The translations under genes and the position numbers were made by a program. A stretch of DNA of 64,000 nucleotides. Source: the human T2T-CHM13v2.0 reference genome, Homo sapiens. Under the pieces are notes generated by a model. The model worked only from the letters and a program-made list of their open reading frames with translations. It made no database searches and was not told the origin of the DNA. Where the stretch lies: assembly GCF_009914755.1 (NCBI RefSeq), contig NC_060929.1; one strand, 5' to 3'. Below, piece after piece: positions 45,312 to 58,576 of the stretch (the first letter of the stretch is position 1; each line of letters begins with the position of its first letter).

Positions 45312-45639
45312 ACATTTTAATTTTCTGACTCAGTTTACATTCAGGCAGAATTAGAATTTAGCAGGCTTAAAACCCTGCTGATCCCCTTAACATATACTTG
45401 TGTGTAGACACATATATACAAATGCTTTTAATTATATTATTTTTGTATTCTCATTTCCCTCATAAAAGCCTCTGGCCTGAAAAACACATTGGGCTACATA
45501 TACACATATAAAGCTGTCAATCACCCACATTGACCATGGTGGTCAGCAGGTGTGTACAATATGCTGTTACACTATGTCATCCAGTAACAAGGTACCATTA
45601 AGAAGTAAAGAGCCCTGTCTGAACAGAGGGGACTCTTTA

Positions 45640-45785
45640 CCACTCAGCTCTGCCACTCGGTAGCTGTGTGACCTCAGCCAATTATTTACCTCTCCAGGCC
45701 TCTGTTTTCTTGTCTATAAAAAGACAGAAGTAGAATACTGGTGCTGTTAAATTCTCTTATAGCCATAACATTCAAGGTTCTGTAC
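45640..45785 (+). mobile_element. MIR SINE relic
   Basis: cagctctgccactcggtagctgtgtgacctcagccaatt...cctctgttttcttgtctataaa. Confidence 0.7.
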
Positions 45786-47914
45786 AACTACAAATGACTT
45801 TAATCACCACCACCAGGAAAACTGAGTGTATGTATCCCAGCCGGAGGGTTAGCAGAATCTGTGGCTGACCATAGCCAAGCTTAGACTTTAATGTGGGGTT
45901 CTTTTTACAGTTAGTTTTGGAATACACTCAAAAACCAAAAGGAAGTTGGATCCCAATCCCTAAGTCAGTCCAGCCGTTATTTTCCATGGGCAAAAGGCAG
46001 ACCTGCAAGCCTTAGGAAGAGAAGGAGAGGTGCGGTTGCTGTGTACCAGCAGTCAGACTACACAGGAGTCCTATGGATGAGGAGCCCAGGGGCAAGGCTC
46101 CCTGTGGAACCTGGTCAGTTATCCAGCTCAGTCTCTGAAAGCAGGCAGGATCAGGCACTGCTTCCTCATGGGCACCAGGGACTGCCATGTTACCTACCAT
46201 TCAGAATAAAGGCACACAAGTCTTGAGCTACCTACCCATCCTCACCCATATATTATGAAAATCAAGTTGCCCCCTAGACCAAGTGAAAACATCAGTATTT
46301 ATAAGAATGCCGATGGGTTTTCAGAAACAGACTTGCTCCCAGAATGGAAGAAAGCAGTTATTTGAATAATATGGCACAGCTTGAGGGACTGCCTGGGGTG
46401 AATGGGAATTAAAATAATCAAAATCAATGGTAATAATGTGCTCAAGAAGCAGTTCAGAAATGCAGATTACCCACTCAGTAGTCAACTCACTAATGACATT
46501 AGGTAATATGAAATACAAACAGGAGAAAAAAACAATCTAAGCCAATTATGCTGATTATGCTTCTGACATCAAAAGGTAGGACAGATGAAGCTAAATTTCC
46601 ATACATTAATATTTAAGCAAGTATAGAATAGAAAATACTGCACATAATGAAGACCCACTAGATTTCAGTACACATAGCTAAGATCTTAATCAAGCAAAAA
46701 CAATTTTCTAAATGATAATTAGCAGTAATCATGCTCTTTAAGTGCAGGATATTATGGAGTACAAACTGCAATATTTAAACAAGATGCAAAATGCAGAATT
46801 CCATGTATTAGCTATAGCTCAGCAAATGTAATAAACAGAGATACTTACCAAAGAAAGACAACATTAACTAAGTAGTATGTTCCACACCAGAGAAAGAAAG
46901 GAGGAAAGAGGGAAGAGAGGAAAGGGGAAAGTAACAAGAATGGGAGACAGGAAAATGAAATCTACACGTTCTGAAATATCTTGCTGAAACAACAAACAAC
47001 TCTGTCCAGGGGCTTACCTGGCTCTTCTTTTTATTTCTCAATTGTAAGATTGTTTTGCAAATAATCATTCACATAGGGCAAGACAGAATTCCTGCCAAGC
47101 GAGCAGTGAAGAATATGAGCTTCATTTGTTTTAATACCTGTGTTCCTATTAGGAGTTAGGTAAGCAGGGGAAAATGGATAATTAAAGCAATGACATGCAT
47201 TCACAGCAACATTACACACACACTCACACACACACATACACACCATCCAGAAAGTATTGAAAACTCTTGGTGTACAAGATGCTTTATAAGAACAGAGCAG
47301 GTTTAGCACACATGAAATTTTAAAAATTCTATTGTGCCAGTCTCATAGATCTCATGATTCCTTTCAGCTCTTCAGTAATGTGAAAAATGCTACTATTATC
47401 TGCAGAAGGAACCATGGTACAGGACAGAATATCACTTTCCTAAAATCCTGTGACTGCTCCCTAGGACCAACATGGAAGGTGTAGGAGGACAATGTGTTTT
47501 CACTCACTGTCTTTAGGAGACATGGCAAATGAGCAGGCGTTCATTCCCAGCCCAGGAATGAACACCAGTTTGGAAAACCAGTTTTAGTGTCTCACAGACA
47601 TTTGATTCCTGAGGTTCCAAAGATGTTTTAACTGAATTGTCACATGAATGAAGTTCCCTTCACATCATATTTGATAACAAAGCCAGGTTTTATTGTTGGC
47701 TGCACAACTATCACCACCACCAACAATACCCTTTAAAAATAAAATCCAAATTAAGTTAGTCCAAGTTTTTTAAACACAAATGAAAGTTTCAGGCCAATTT
47801 ATACAATGCCAAGTGCCAATCTGTTCACTCTCCAGTTGCCTCATGAGCCTGAGGCAAAAAATCTTGAGGAGAGAACTCTAGTGTCAAAAAATCCACCTAA
47901 ACCATGGATGTACT

Positions 47915-48446
47915 TATGATGGTAAATTTTAGGTGTCACCTTGACTGGATTGAGGGATGCCCAGGTGGGGGGCAAAGTGTTGCTTCTGGGCACCTGTGAG
48001 GGTGTTTCTAGAGGAGATTGAAGTAGGAGGCTTTGGACTGAGAGGAAGACCTGCCCACCATACATTTTGCTGGGGGCCTGGCTGGAACCCAGAGGCAGAG
48101 GACAGGGAAGTCATCCTGTCTGCTTTCTCACTCCCTTCAGGAGTAAGACACTTTTTCTCCTGCCCTTGGACATCAGACTCAGGTGCCTCCATCTTTGCAC
48201 TCTGGGACTGACCAGCAGTCTCCCCAGGACCATCAGGACTGACTTGGAGCTGCACCGTCAGCTTCCCCAGTTCTGAGGCTTTGGACTTGATGGAGCCATG
48301 CTGCCGGCTTCTCTGGTTCTCCAGTTTGCAGTCGGTCTGTGGTGGAACTTCTCACCCTCTGTGATTGTGTGAGTCAGCTCCCCCTAATACGTCCCCTTCC
48401 AGATATTCTACTGGTTCTGTCTCTCTGGAGAAATCTGACTAACATA
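47915..48446 (+). mobile_element. MLT2-family ERVL solo LTR
   Basis: tatgatggtaaattttaggtgtcaccttgactggattgaggg...ctactggttctgtctctctggagaaatctgactaacata. Confidence 0.82.
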
Positions 48447-48449
48447 ATT

Positions 48450-49296
48450 CAATAGGTTCTTGAATAACATCATTTTGATCAAAGTCATTTCATTATAACG
48501 TTGATGAGGAAAATATTGATTCCTGGCTAGGGCCACTGTCTGTGGAGTCTGCACATGTGCCTGTGTGGGTTTTCTCAGGTACTCCAGCCTCCTCCCATGT
48601 CCAGAAAATATGCATGTTAGGTTTATTGGTATGTCTAAATGATCCCAGCATGAGTGGGTGTAGGTGTGAGTGCACCCCACAATGGGAGGGCGTCCTGTCC
48701 AGAGTCAGTTCCTGCCCTGTGCCCTGAGCTGCCAGGATAGGCTTCAGCCACCCATGATCCTGAACTGAAATAAGCAGGTTGGAGAAAGAATGAATGAATG
48801 AATGATTACAAATTATTATAAAATAGAAAATTATAAATTTTATGATAATCATACAAATGAACTACAATAAACAATGCTGTACAAAAGCATTCAGCAAGCC
48901 TGCCCTATTTGTTCTTGTTTTTGAACTGTGTGGTGATAGGAGGTACTCCGGACAATTTTTGATTTGCAAACATTTATACCTTGATATAACCCACCATCAC
49001 TACAACTGCTGTCACTCACCAATTCACCAAAAATTGGATATATAATTTTTGCTTGCTTTTAATCTTTATTTCTTAAATGTATGTATAGCCCACATTTGTT
49101 TCAATATTTAATATTAGAAGTGTTTGGAGTCTTTATTTGGAAGTTTGGTGATGTTTTTGTGACCAGAAATATGACTTAGAAACTTAACTCTTGTTTATAT
49201 CAATTAGCTTATGTTAAACTGGCTACATTATAGGTCATTTCACTTAAAGTCATAGTTTCCAAGAACCTATCAACAACATTAAGTGAGGACTTACCG
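48450..49296 (+). mobile_element. MER6 TcMar-Tigger non-autonomous DNA transposon, near full length
   Basis: Termini caataggttcttgaataac... and ...cattaagtgaggacttaccg followed by TA; internal gggccactgtctgtggagtctgcacatg block. Confidence 0.8.
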
Positions 49297-49324
49297 TACG
49301 CAATACCACTGAACAAGACACTTA

Positions 49325-49609
<285 letters not shown>

Positions 49610-49807
49610 TTACCACAATTAAAAAAAAATGGAAGAAAAGGTCGTGAAAAGGTCGTAAAAAGTTACACCTGTGGCTGAATATACACAAGGCAAGAAAACA
49701 ACAGCTGTTGGGAAAAGTAAATAACTGCACAGGATGTCAGCAAGGAATATCTCAATGGTCTCCACTGGGAGCTCATGCTAGTAAGTAAGCTAAGCATATA
49801 TTACTTT

Positions 49808-49833
49808 CTTTTTTTTTTTTTTTTTTTTTTTTT
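49808..49833. repeat. Poly-T tract
   Basis: About 25 T with no adjacent SINE body. Confidence 0.9.
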
Positions 49834-50320
49834 GTATAAGCAGCCAACAAAGCTAGTTGTTGATTTCACAGCAAAATCTCTTTTCAAACAGCTGCATAGT
49901 GCTGCCCGGGACTTTTTCTGACCCATGGAACTCAGACCTCTTTCGTACAACAGCCAGTCACTCAACACTGTCAGACTATAGAGCTTTCCTTTTCAATTTA
50001 CTTAGCTTTGCCAAATTGCTTTACTCACACTGTATTGCCTAATTTTTCCAGTCTGTTTTAATGTTCTGTTATCTGTCTCCAGCCTGGAGCAGAAAAAGAT
50101 AGCAAGATGCAGTGCTTACCCAAAAAAGCTGTTTTACAGATTTAAGGGAGACACAGCTGTCTTATCTGTGACACAAAATAGCAAGGTAAGCTGAAACATG
50201 AATTCCTGTCTGCCTCTTCTTCCTCCCATCTGTTGCATTAAAGGTCCAGAGACCCCCAGGGCCACCTTGTAAGCATGCTTGGTATCATTGTTTTTTAAAA
50301 AATAAAATTCCAAATGTTTA

Positions 50321-50649
<329 letters not shown>

Positions 50650-50907
50650 TCAAAATGAGGCTCGAAAAATAGTCTGTGTATTCCATTGAGATTTAACATT
50701 ATATTTAGAAAATTTACTCTCGACTAAATATAAAAAAGCATTAGGTTAAAAACAAAAAAAGCCAGGCACAGAGGTAGGCAGGGCAGGCAGTTCAACGTGG
50801 GATATGGAATGAAGGTTTGTGAACAAACCAAGGGCTGGGTGCTTTTCATGGTGCTGTTATCATCTGCTCAGTATGACCTTTGAGAGGCCCAGTGGTTTCC
50901 CCATTTC

Positions 50908-51070
50908 ACTTGGTGAGGTGGTACACGCTTGTAGTAACAGCTGCTCAGGAGGCTGAGGCAGGAAGATTGCTTGAGCCCAGGAGTTCAGGGCTGTAGTACA
51001 CTATGATTGCAACTGTGAATAGCTGATGCACTCTAGCCTGGGCAACACAGCAAGACCCCAAGTCTAAAAA
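50908..51070 (+). mobile_element. FAM/FRAM fossil Alu monomer
   Basis: Monomer retains the 7SL-like ctgtgaatagc block, then gcactctagcctgggcaacacagcaagacccc. Confidence 0.8.
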
Positions 51071-52009
51071 TATATGTCCTTTTTTTAACTCAAAACATTT
51101 TTTTAAAGTCCTCCTGTTTTATGCAAAATCACTAAGAATAGCAATCTACAAAAGAAAGACAATTATAATCCCTTGGTATTTACGGAGCATCTATGATGCA
51201 TTCAGCAATTTGCTGGCCACTATAGATAATAGGGTAAAATTAACATGGCTAGGTCCCTTAAGGAATTCACCCTCTTTTCAGAAGACAAGTCTAATCCCAC
51301 AAGTCTTTATTGATGCAAGATATAGGATGTAACGTCAAACAATTAGCTTCCATTCTTAAGTAACGTGGGAGTTTGGCAATGGGAGTGTCCACGGTGATAT
51401 TTGCCTTTCTTACTGTTGATATATTTGTGCAGCATCATCAACAAAAGTGCACATGCTATTTAACCCTGGGAAAGGGATGCATTTAAGGACGGGATTGGTA
51501 TATATTCACCGTGGGGTCTCAAGTATTCTGACTGATTCAGGAAGTCTCTACCATGAAATCTGTGTCAAGTCATTCCTGCTAAGTTCTATTTTTAAGTTGT
51601 ATCATTCCCACAGCCTCAGTATGAGTATGTAGCCAACACTCAGGTTGCAACCTCACATATCCTTCTTATGATCCTTCCTCCTCAAGAGATTATTTTTTCA
51701 TTTATACAATAAGCATTTAATGGGGTCTACTAGACATTACAGACTCAGAGATACAAAGTTCTAATTCATAGTCTAGTAGGAAAATAGACACGTTAATTAC
51801 AGCACTATATGAAGCAAACTAAGAGAAAAGAAATGAATTTTTCACGAAATCATGGGAAAATGCAATAGCTTTCTAAGTATAAATGAAAGAAACCTTTAAT
51901 GAGCAGGTGTGACTTAAAATTTGTTTTATTTATGAAGAATTATATCATAAACACTCACATATTTACCACCCATATTTAACAAATAGATATTTGCCTTTGA
52001 GCACATAAA

Positions 52010-52795
52010 GTGATTTAAACATCTGTCTACCAGAAAATATTCTAAGCAAAATTAAAATCAAATGATAGAGGAAAATCAGTTTTCAAACAATGTGATAAAG
52101 GTTTAATATTCTTAATATGTAAAGAGTTGCTATAAATTAATGGGAAAAACATTAGGAACTAATGAAAGACAGATATATGCAATTAGATAATTCTCAAGAA
52201 AATACATCTGGTTAATAAACATTAGAAAATAGCCTTACTAATTACCAGTTACTAATAATCATAAGTATGCAGATTAAAACTACAATGAGATACCACTATT
52301 AAGTACTAGTAAAAGTATAGAGAGATGTCTACTTTCATAAACTCCTGCTTAAGAAGGTAAATTGGGTTGTCTTTCTGGAAAACAATTTTGAAATATATGC
52401 TTAAAACATTTAAGTACATACACTTTAACCCAGCAATTTTAACATCAAGAAATCTCTAATGAAATAATCACAAATGTGAATAGATTTATATACAAAAAGT
52501 TCATTGTAGCATAATTTATAATTGCAAAAATTGGAAACAATTTAAACACTCAAAATAGAGAAATGGTTAAATAAAGTTTAGAATAGCAGTAAGATGTGGC
52601 CCTGTAAGTCTGTGTAGACGTGAGTGATTTCTCTCTCTCTTTTGGAAAGAGTGGGAGAAGTAGTGTACAATGTTACACAGCGGCCATTTCTGGGTAATGG
52701 GATTATGGGTGCCTTTTTTTCTTTTTACTTCTTTATATTTGTCTGTATTTTCCAAATTAATACAATGAACATGAGTCCTTTTATAAGCTGAAAAT
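52010..52795 (+). mobile_element. Old L1M (L1ME-like) ORF2 end and 3' UTR relic
   Basis: atgcagattaaaactacaatgagataccact...acccagcaattttaacatc...cattgtagcataatttataattgcaaaaattggaaacaa. Confidence 0.7.
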
Positions 52796-52800
52796 GCTTC

Positions 52801-52928
52801 TTTTTTAAAATAGAGACAAGGTTTCACCATGTTGCACAGGCTGGTCTTGAAAGCCTGGGCTCAAGCGATCTGCCCACCTAGGCCTCCCAAAGTGCTAGCA
52901 TTATAAGCATGAGCCACTGCGCCAGGCC
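52801..52928 (-). mobile_element. FLAM/Alu left monomer
   Basis: tagagacaaggtttcaccatgttgc...gagccactgcgccaggcc. Confidence 0.85.
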
Positions 52929-53188
52929 TGAAAAATATATTTTTAATTTTTAAAACATTATAAACCCTCTGGTGTGGGGAGGAGGTACTTATGACCCAGA
53001 AATAGTGTCAACTAATGGAGTGCTCAGGAAGGCCTTCCTGGGAAGGTCACTGCTGAACCGAATTTCAAGAATGAAATGTTTGCAAGATAAACAGCAAATG
53101 GGATGCCAGGCAGAACTCTAAGTGCTTCTTCCCCTATAATTACAACCTAATCATAGATTGTATATCTCAAGCATGAAAACACGTATCA

Positions 53189-53532
53189 CTTTTGCTTCAT
53201 TGTTTTCCCTCTAATTGTGAATTAAAATACGTCTGAAACTCAGCAAGGCATTTTCTCATGTTATTCCCTTCTAGTCTCAGAACAGCTCTGTAACACAGAA
53301 TTTATTCAGGGGATCTCAGCCATTTCCTGCCTATCAACCACTCCCTTCCTAAGAGTTACTCTTTTGCTTCATTGTTTTCCCTATAGTTGTGAGTTAAAAT
53401 ATGTCTGAAACTCAGCAAGGCATTTTCTCATGTTATTCCCTTCTAGTCTCATAACAGCTCTGTAACACAGAATTTACTCAGGAGATCTCAGCCATTTCCT
53501 GCCTATCAGCCACTCTCTTCCTAAGAATTACT
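53189..53532. repeat. 172-bp head-to-tail tandem duplication
   Basis: Units 53189-53360 and 53361-53532; by eye 10 substitutions and no indels. Confidence 0.95.
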
Positions 53533-53889
53533 GCCCAGTCCACACCATACTTTTAGGCAGTCATATTTCTACCCTGTGACTTCAGTTGCGACAGCAGTCA
53601 CAGCTCACTGGACAGGGAATGGGCTCCTCAGCAAAAGGCAGCAGATCCGACCAGTCAGCAATTTGTGTACTAAGGATAAAAGACAAGCCGGGCCCCACAG
53701 AATTCCTCTCTTAGAAATTTGAGCTAAAAGTTTAAAAAGAATGCTTCAGTTGCTTTGGGAAAAGAGATGACACATCAGCGTAACTGGATGCTAGCGGTGC
53801 AGGAGCCCAATTGTGAAAAACACCTTTGCTCCTGAAGTCCCTAAAGTAGATTTAACTCTAAACTAAACCTTCAACTCAAGTCCCATGGA

Positions 53890-55100
53890 GCCCCTCTCAA
53901 TATTGTGTTGTTCTTGGTTTCCATTAGTTCCAATGTCTTCTTCCCTGATCTCCAGACCCGTACATCTAACCATCTGCTCATGGTCTCCATCTGGATTTCC
54001 AACAGGTGTTTCTATGTGTTCGAAACCAGACTCTTGATCTTCCACTTAAGCCTGCTCCTCGTGACGTCTTCCCCATTCAGTAAATGGCCACCCTTCCTAG
54101 CAGTCACTCAGATCAAAAACATGGGCATCTTTCCAAACTCCTGTCTCACACACACTCCTATTTTATTTGTTGGCAAACTCTGTTGGCTTTTAGCTATGAA
54201 ATACATACAAAGTCCCACTACTTTTTCACCACCTGCACTACTACCCCTCCAGTCCAAACCATGGCCATAGTATCTCTCACCTGATTTACATGGATGGTCT
54301 ACTAAGTAGCCTCCCAACTTGCCTCCAATATAAATCAGATCACATCATTTCTGCTTAAAACCATCTCATTGCTTTTGATCTCCCTCAGAATACCAAGTTC
54401 TTATCTTGGCTTACGAGGCCCTACAGGATGTGGCTTGACCGCCCACCCCTCTCCCACTCCCCATCCCACCCTCAGCTCTCAGCTGTCATTTCATAGCGGT
54501 CCCTGCTGCGTACTCACATCAGCTACCCTGGGTGCCCTCACTGCTCCTTGAACACACCAATCACACACCCACCTTAGGGTCTTTGAACTTATTGTTTCTT
54601 CCACCTCGGATGCTTGTCCCCTAAATGTCTGTAAGGCTCTTTCCCTCATTCATTCAAATCCCTATTCAAATGTCACCGTATGAGAGAAGACTTCCCTGAC
54701 TACATTATGCAAAATAGTACTTTTGCTGCAGTGGTTCTGTCACTTGAAGGGCTGCCATGTGGCTTTCAAGAGATGCACTGCACAACTCCAGGGGGCACCA
54801 TTCACATCATAGCCATCAAAGATTTGTGTATTAATTAAGACATCTTTCAGCAGTAAAGTACCTAATTTGCACAAAAATGTTATGAAGGGTAGCAGCAGCC
54901 CTGCCCATACCCTGCCTCATTATCTTTGTAGTGTTCATCACCACCTGGCAGATGCCATCCATCTCCCCTCTGCTAAGCGCTGAGAGAGCAGGCACTTTGC
55001 CTGTTTTTGTTCATGACACTAGTTCCAGTGTCTAGAACAGTACTTGTGATATGTATTGGGTGCTCAAGATTTTTGAATGAATCAATCAATCATTCAGTCA
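53890..55100 (+). mobile_element. L2 (L2a-like) 3' region
   Basis: ctccatctggatttccaacagg...aaatcagatcacatcatttctgcttaaaacc...ccagtgtctagaacagt...tttttgaatgaatcaatcaatc. Confidence 0.8.
54747..54903 (+). mobile_element. MER91A-like hAT-Tip100 element nested in L2
   Basis: agggctgccatgt...tgcactgcacaactccagggggcaccattcacatc...ctaatttgcacaaa...gcagcagccctg. Confidence 0.75.
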
Positions 55101-56353
55101 ATTAATGATCAATTGATACTATGTTCTTGGAGAAAACCTCCCTTTAAGACTCTCTTGAATGACTTTATCATCCTTGCAACTACACAGATCCAAAAAAAAT
55201 GATAAGATAGCCTCATTTTATAGATTCGTAAAATGATACTTCTAGATTTCAATAAATCATGCAAGTTCTGACAGCTAATAAGTGGTTTCTACAACTCCAG
55301 AGGCCACATTTCTAAAACATATCCTGCCTCTAGAGAATGGTGTTTCTAAATATTACCACCAAATAATATGGAAGCTTCACATGTGTTAAATAATGAAGCT
55401 TCACAGAGGAGAAAATTATATGCTTTAATGTTTTGCAGCAATGAATCACAATATTTATTAATAATAATTCCTTAATAATGGGGAATTACAGCAATTTGCC
55501 TTTTGACATTGCATCTAAAAGATAATGCAATAAACTTTTATTTTAAATGAACTGATGAAAAAAATGTCAAGAAGGGTAGTATTTATGGGTAAAGAAGAGT
55601 CACAGGGAAATTAAAATCCGAAAGCTTTATTTATACATTAAAAAGAAGAAGCAGCGGAGGAAATAAGCAATTACAGAAAGTTCAAATGAGATAATGGTAG
55701 ATGCTTTTCCCAGCTATTTAATTAGGAGAATCTGCAGGCTAGGATAGTTGTTTTGAAGCTCTGCATGAATACAAATGAGCACACATCATATTACAGCAAT
55801 GTCAATCCAAGAGCATAATATTTTAGTATTACCATTTTTTTCAGGGAGAGAAAGAACTGCTTTCTAAATACAATGGCATACCGCTTATTAATATTTAGAT
55901 GTCGTACACTCTCAGCCTTCCAGGGGAGCCGTGAAAGGGCATCTGACCATGAGTAGCAACCAAAACAGCCAAGATGACAGAAGATAGGCTGTGATCAACA
56001 TACTCACTATTGCAAAGAAAGTGGTATCTCACTGCCCTGGTAGGGATGGCTATAAAAACCAGCATCAAAACCAATACTAGAAGGTGAGGACAAACTGGGA
56101 TATTTTGCACAGAAACCAACAGTCCTGCCTGCCCCAGCCTTCTCTGAGCACACACCAAGACACACATTCAGGACTAGCACAATAGTTTACAGCAGTTTTT
56201 CCCAAATCTGTAATAAGTGACTCTTAAAAATTAAAATGCAATCTCAAAGAAAAAATACATTTGGGAAACACTATATAACATATGTCTTCTTGGAGAGTCT
56301 CTTTAGGATAATAAATTCCTATAACAAACATTTATCTTTGTTTCATACTCAAT

Positions 56354-56729
56354 TGTCACGGACTGAATTGCATCTTCCCAAAATTTATTGGTTGAAGCCC
56401 TAACCCTCAATGTGACTATTTGTACATAGGGCCCTTAAGGAGGTAATAATGGTTAAGTAAGGTCTTAAGGGTAAGGCTCTAATCCGATAGGACTGGAGTC
56501 CATATAAAAAGGAGAGACACCAGGAACATGCACACAGAGAGGAAAGGCCATGCGAGGACACAGCAAGAAGGTGGCTGTCTGCAAGCCAAGGAAAGAGGCC
56601 TCACCAGAAACCAACCCTGCCTGTACCTTGATCTTGAATTTTTCAGATAAAAAATAAATAAAATAAATTTCTATTGTTTAAGCCACCCAGACTGTGTTTC
56701 TCTTATGGCAGCCTAAACAGATGAATACA
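56354..56729 (+). mobile_element. MLT1A0-like MaLR solo LTR
   Basis: tgtcacggactgaattg...gaagccctaaccctcaatgtgact...gaggacacagcaagaaggtggc...gcagcctaaacagatgaataca. Confidence 0.85.
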
Positions 56730-56792
56730 CCAGTATTTCTCAAACTTATTTGAACACAGAACACTCAGGTCTCCAAAATCATAGTAACAACT

Positions 56793-56795
<3 letters not shown>

Positions 56796-56824
<29 letters not shown>

Positions 56825-57093
56825 GAGACAGTCTCACTCTGTCACCCAGGCTAGAGAGCAGTGGCACAGTCTTGGCTCACTGCAACCTCTGCCCCCCAGG
56901 CTCAAGCCTTAGCCCCCCGTGTAGCTGGAATTATAGGTGCGCACCACCATGCCCAGCTAATTTGTATATTTTTAGTACAGATGGGGTTTCACCATATTAG
57001 CCAGGCTGGTCTCAAACTCCTGACCTCAAGTGATTCACCCACCTCAGCATCTCAAAGTGCTAAGATTACAGGCATGAGCCACTGCACCCAGCC
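56796..57093 (-). mobile_element. AluS SINE
   Basis: Poly-T plus Alu body; TSD agtaacaactctc / agtgacaactctc. Confidence 0.92.
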
Positions 57094-57486
57094 AGTGACA
57101 ACTCTCAAAACAGCTCAGAAAATGTTGTTCAGGGTAATTCAAAGAATTAGTTTATAGCCCTCTCTTCATACCTAGGTAGTAAACACCTGGGCTTTTACAT
57201 AGAATATGTAAACATTTACATAAACATAGAATAGGACCGTTTTCTCAATGTTGACTCTCTTTATTAAGAAGCCAAGTAAGAAATGTATCTATCAAAACCG
57301 TTTACTTTTTGTAACAATGCTTACAAATTCAACCTCATTTATCTAAAAGCCTCCAATATACAGAACCACTCTTTAACAATAGTAATATTCGCACTTATTG
57401 TGGACATTTATTTAGGCACTATGTTAAGCACAACATGGACACTAGCTCATGTGATCTTCCCAACAGCCCCTGGAAACAGATACATA

Positions 57487-57809
57487 CAATCAACCCTTCA
57501 CATCTCTAAGCTCCACATCTACAGATTCAATCAACAGCAGATCAAAAATACTTGGAAAAAATAATAATTAAAAATAATACAACAGTAAACATAATACAAA
57601 TAAAAATATAATATAGCAACAATTTACATGTTATTTACATTGTATTAGGTATCATAAATAATCTAGAGATTATTTAAAATATACAGGAGGATATATGTAG
57701 GTTATATGCAAATACTACACTATTTTATATAAGGGACTTGAGTATCCACATATTTTGGTATCCATGAGGGTCCTGGAACCAATCCCCTGTGGAAACTGAA
57801 GGATGACTG
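57487..57809. mobile_element. MER2 TcMar-Tigger element nested in a MIR
   Basis: TA|caatcaaccctt...gaaggatgactg|TA with internal atttacattgtattaggtatcataaataatctagagat; MIR-like sequence on both sides. Confidence 0.85.
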
Positions 57810-58576
57810 TACTTGATAAAGAAACTGTGAGAAGGAAGAATGTGTTCACAGAGACCATACAACTAACAAGCAGCAGATCTGGGACTCAAGTCCAGGTCCT
57901 TTAAAGCCACCGTCCATGTTCTTGCCCATGCTGCTCTATGCTGCCTTAATTCCTTCCTGGGGAAACTGATCAAAGTCAAGCTCGTCACTCAACAACGGTC
58001 AGTTCTTTAGGTAAACAGTGACAGCCTTCAGAGAGGAAAGGTGAAAAAGGATACATTAGGTTAGAATGAAGGCAACTTTCACGTCAAATTGGGCCACCTA
58101 TATGATACTGATTAGTAAACAAACACAAAAAAATAGCCAATACAGCCAGTCCCTTAAAGCTGGGTAAGGTCTCTCTTCTTTGTCCTCAGGCTCACCAGCA
58201 CACTCCTTGCATGAGAGGTTCACTCAGAGGTAGGCACAAGGAAACTCTAACAGAAGAATCAGCTAGACTCCTAGTTGGATCAGGCTCAGTAGAGTCCTCT
58301 GTGGGGCAGGGGACATGTGGCCTGGCCCAACAGAGCTCTGCCTAATGCTATTGCGCTTGACAAATTCTCGTAAGTCATACTGATAAGGGCAATAGTGTCT
58401 GAAAAATCTCTTTAGCCAGCCATGCATTTTTTAATACACTCTGTATCACCAGTTTTAAAAATTATTTATGCTAATTAATAAATCTTTTTGAATAGATTTC
58501 TATAACATGAAGATGCGGTATCTATCTCTGAAGTAGAGAGAGCCCTCACTTGGGTGCTTCAAAGATAGCAACTACC

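Noticed and set aside
49636-49662. Short direct repeats (aaaaggtcgt x2; similar ones near 13770, 13923 and 29401)
   Set aside because: Ordinary 10-14 bp slippage duplications with no higher-order pattern.
53189-53532. Possible alpha-satellite dimer or CRISPR-like repeat
   Set aside because: There are only two units, no spacers and no alphoid or CENP-B box similarity; kept as a simple duplication.
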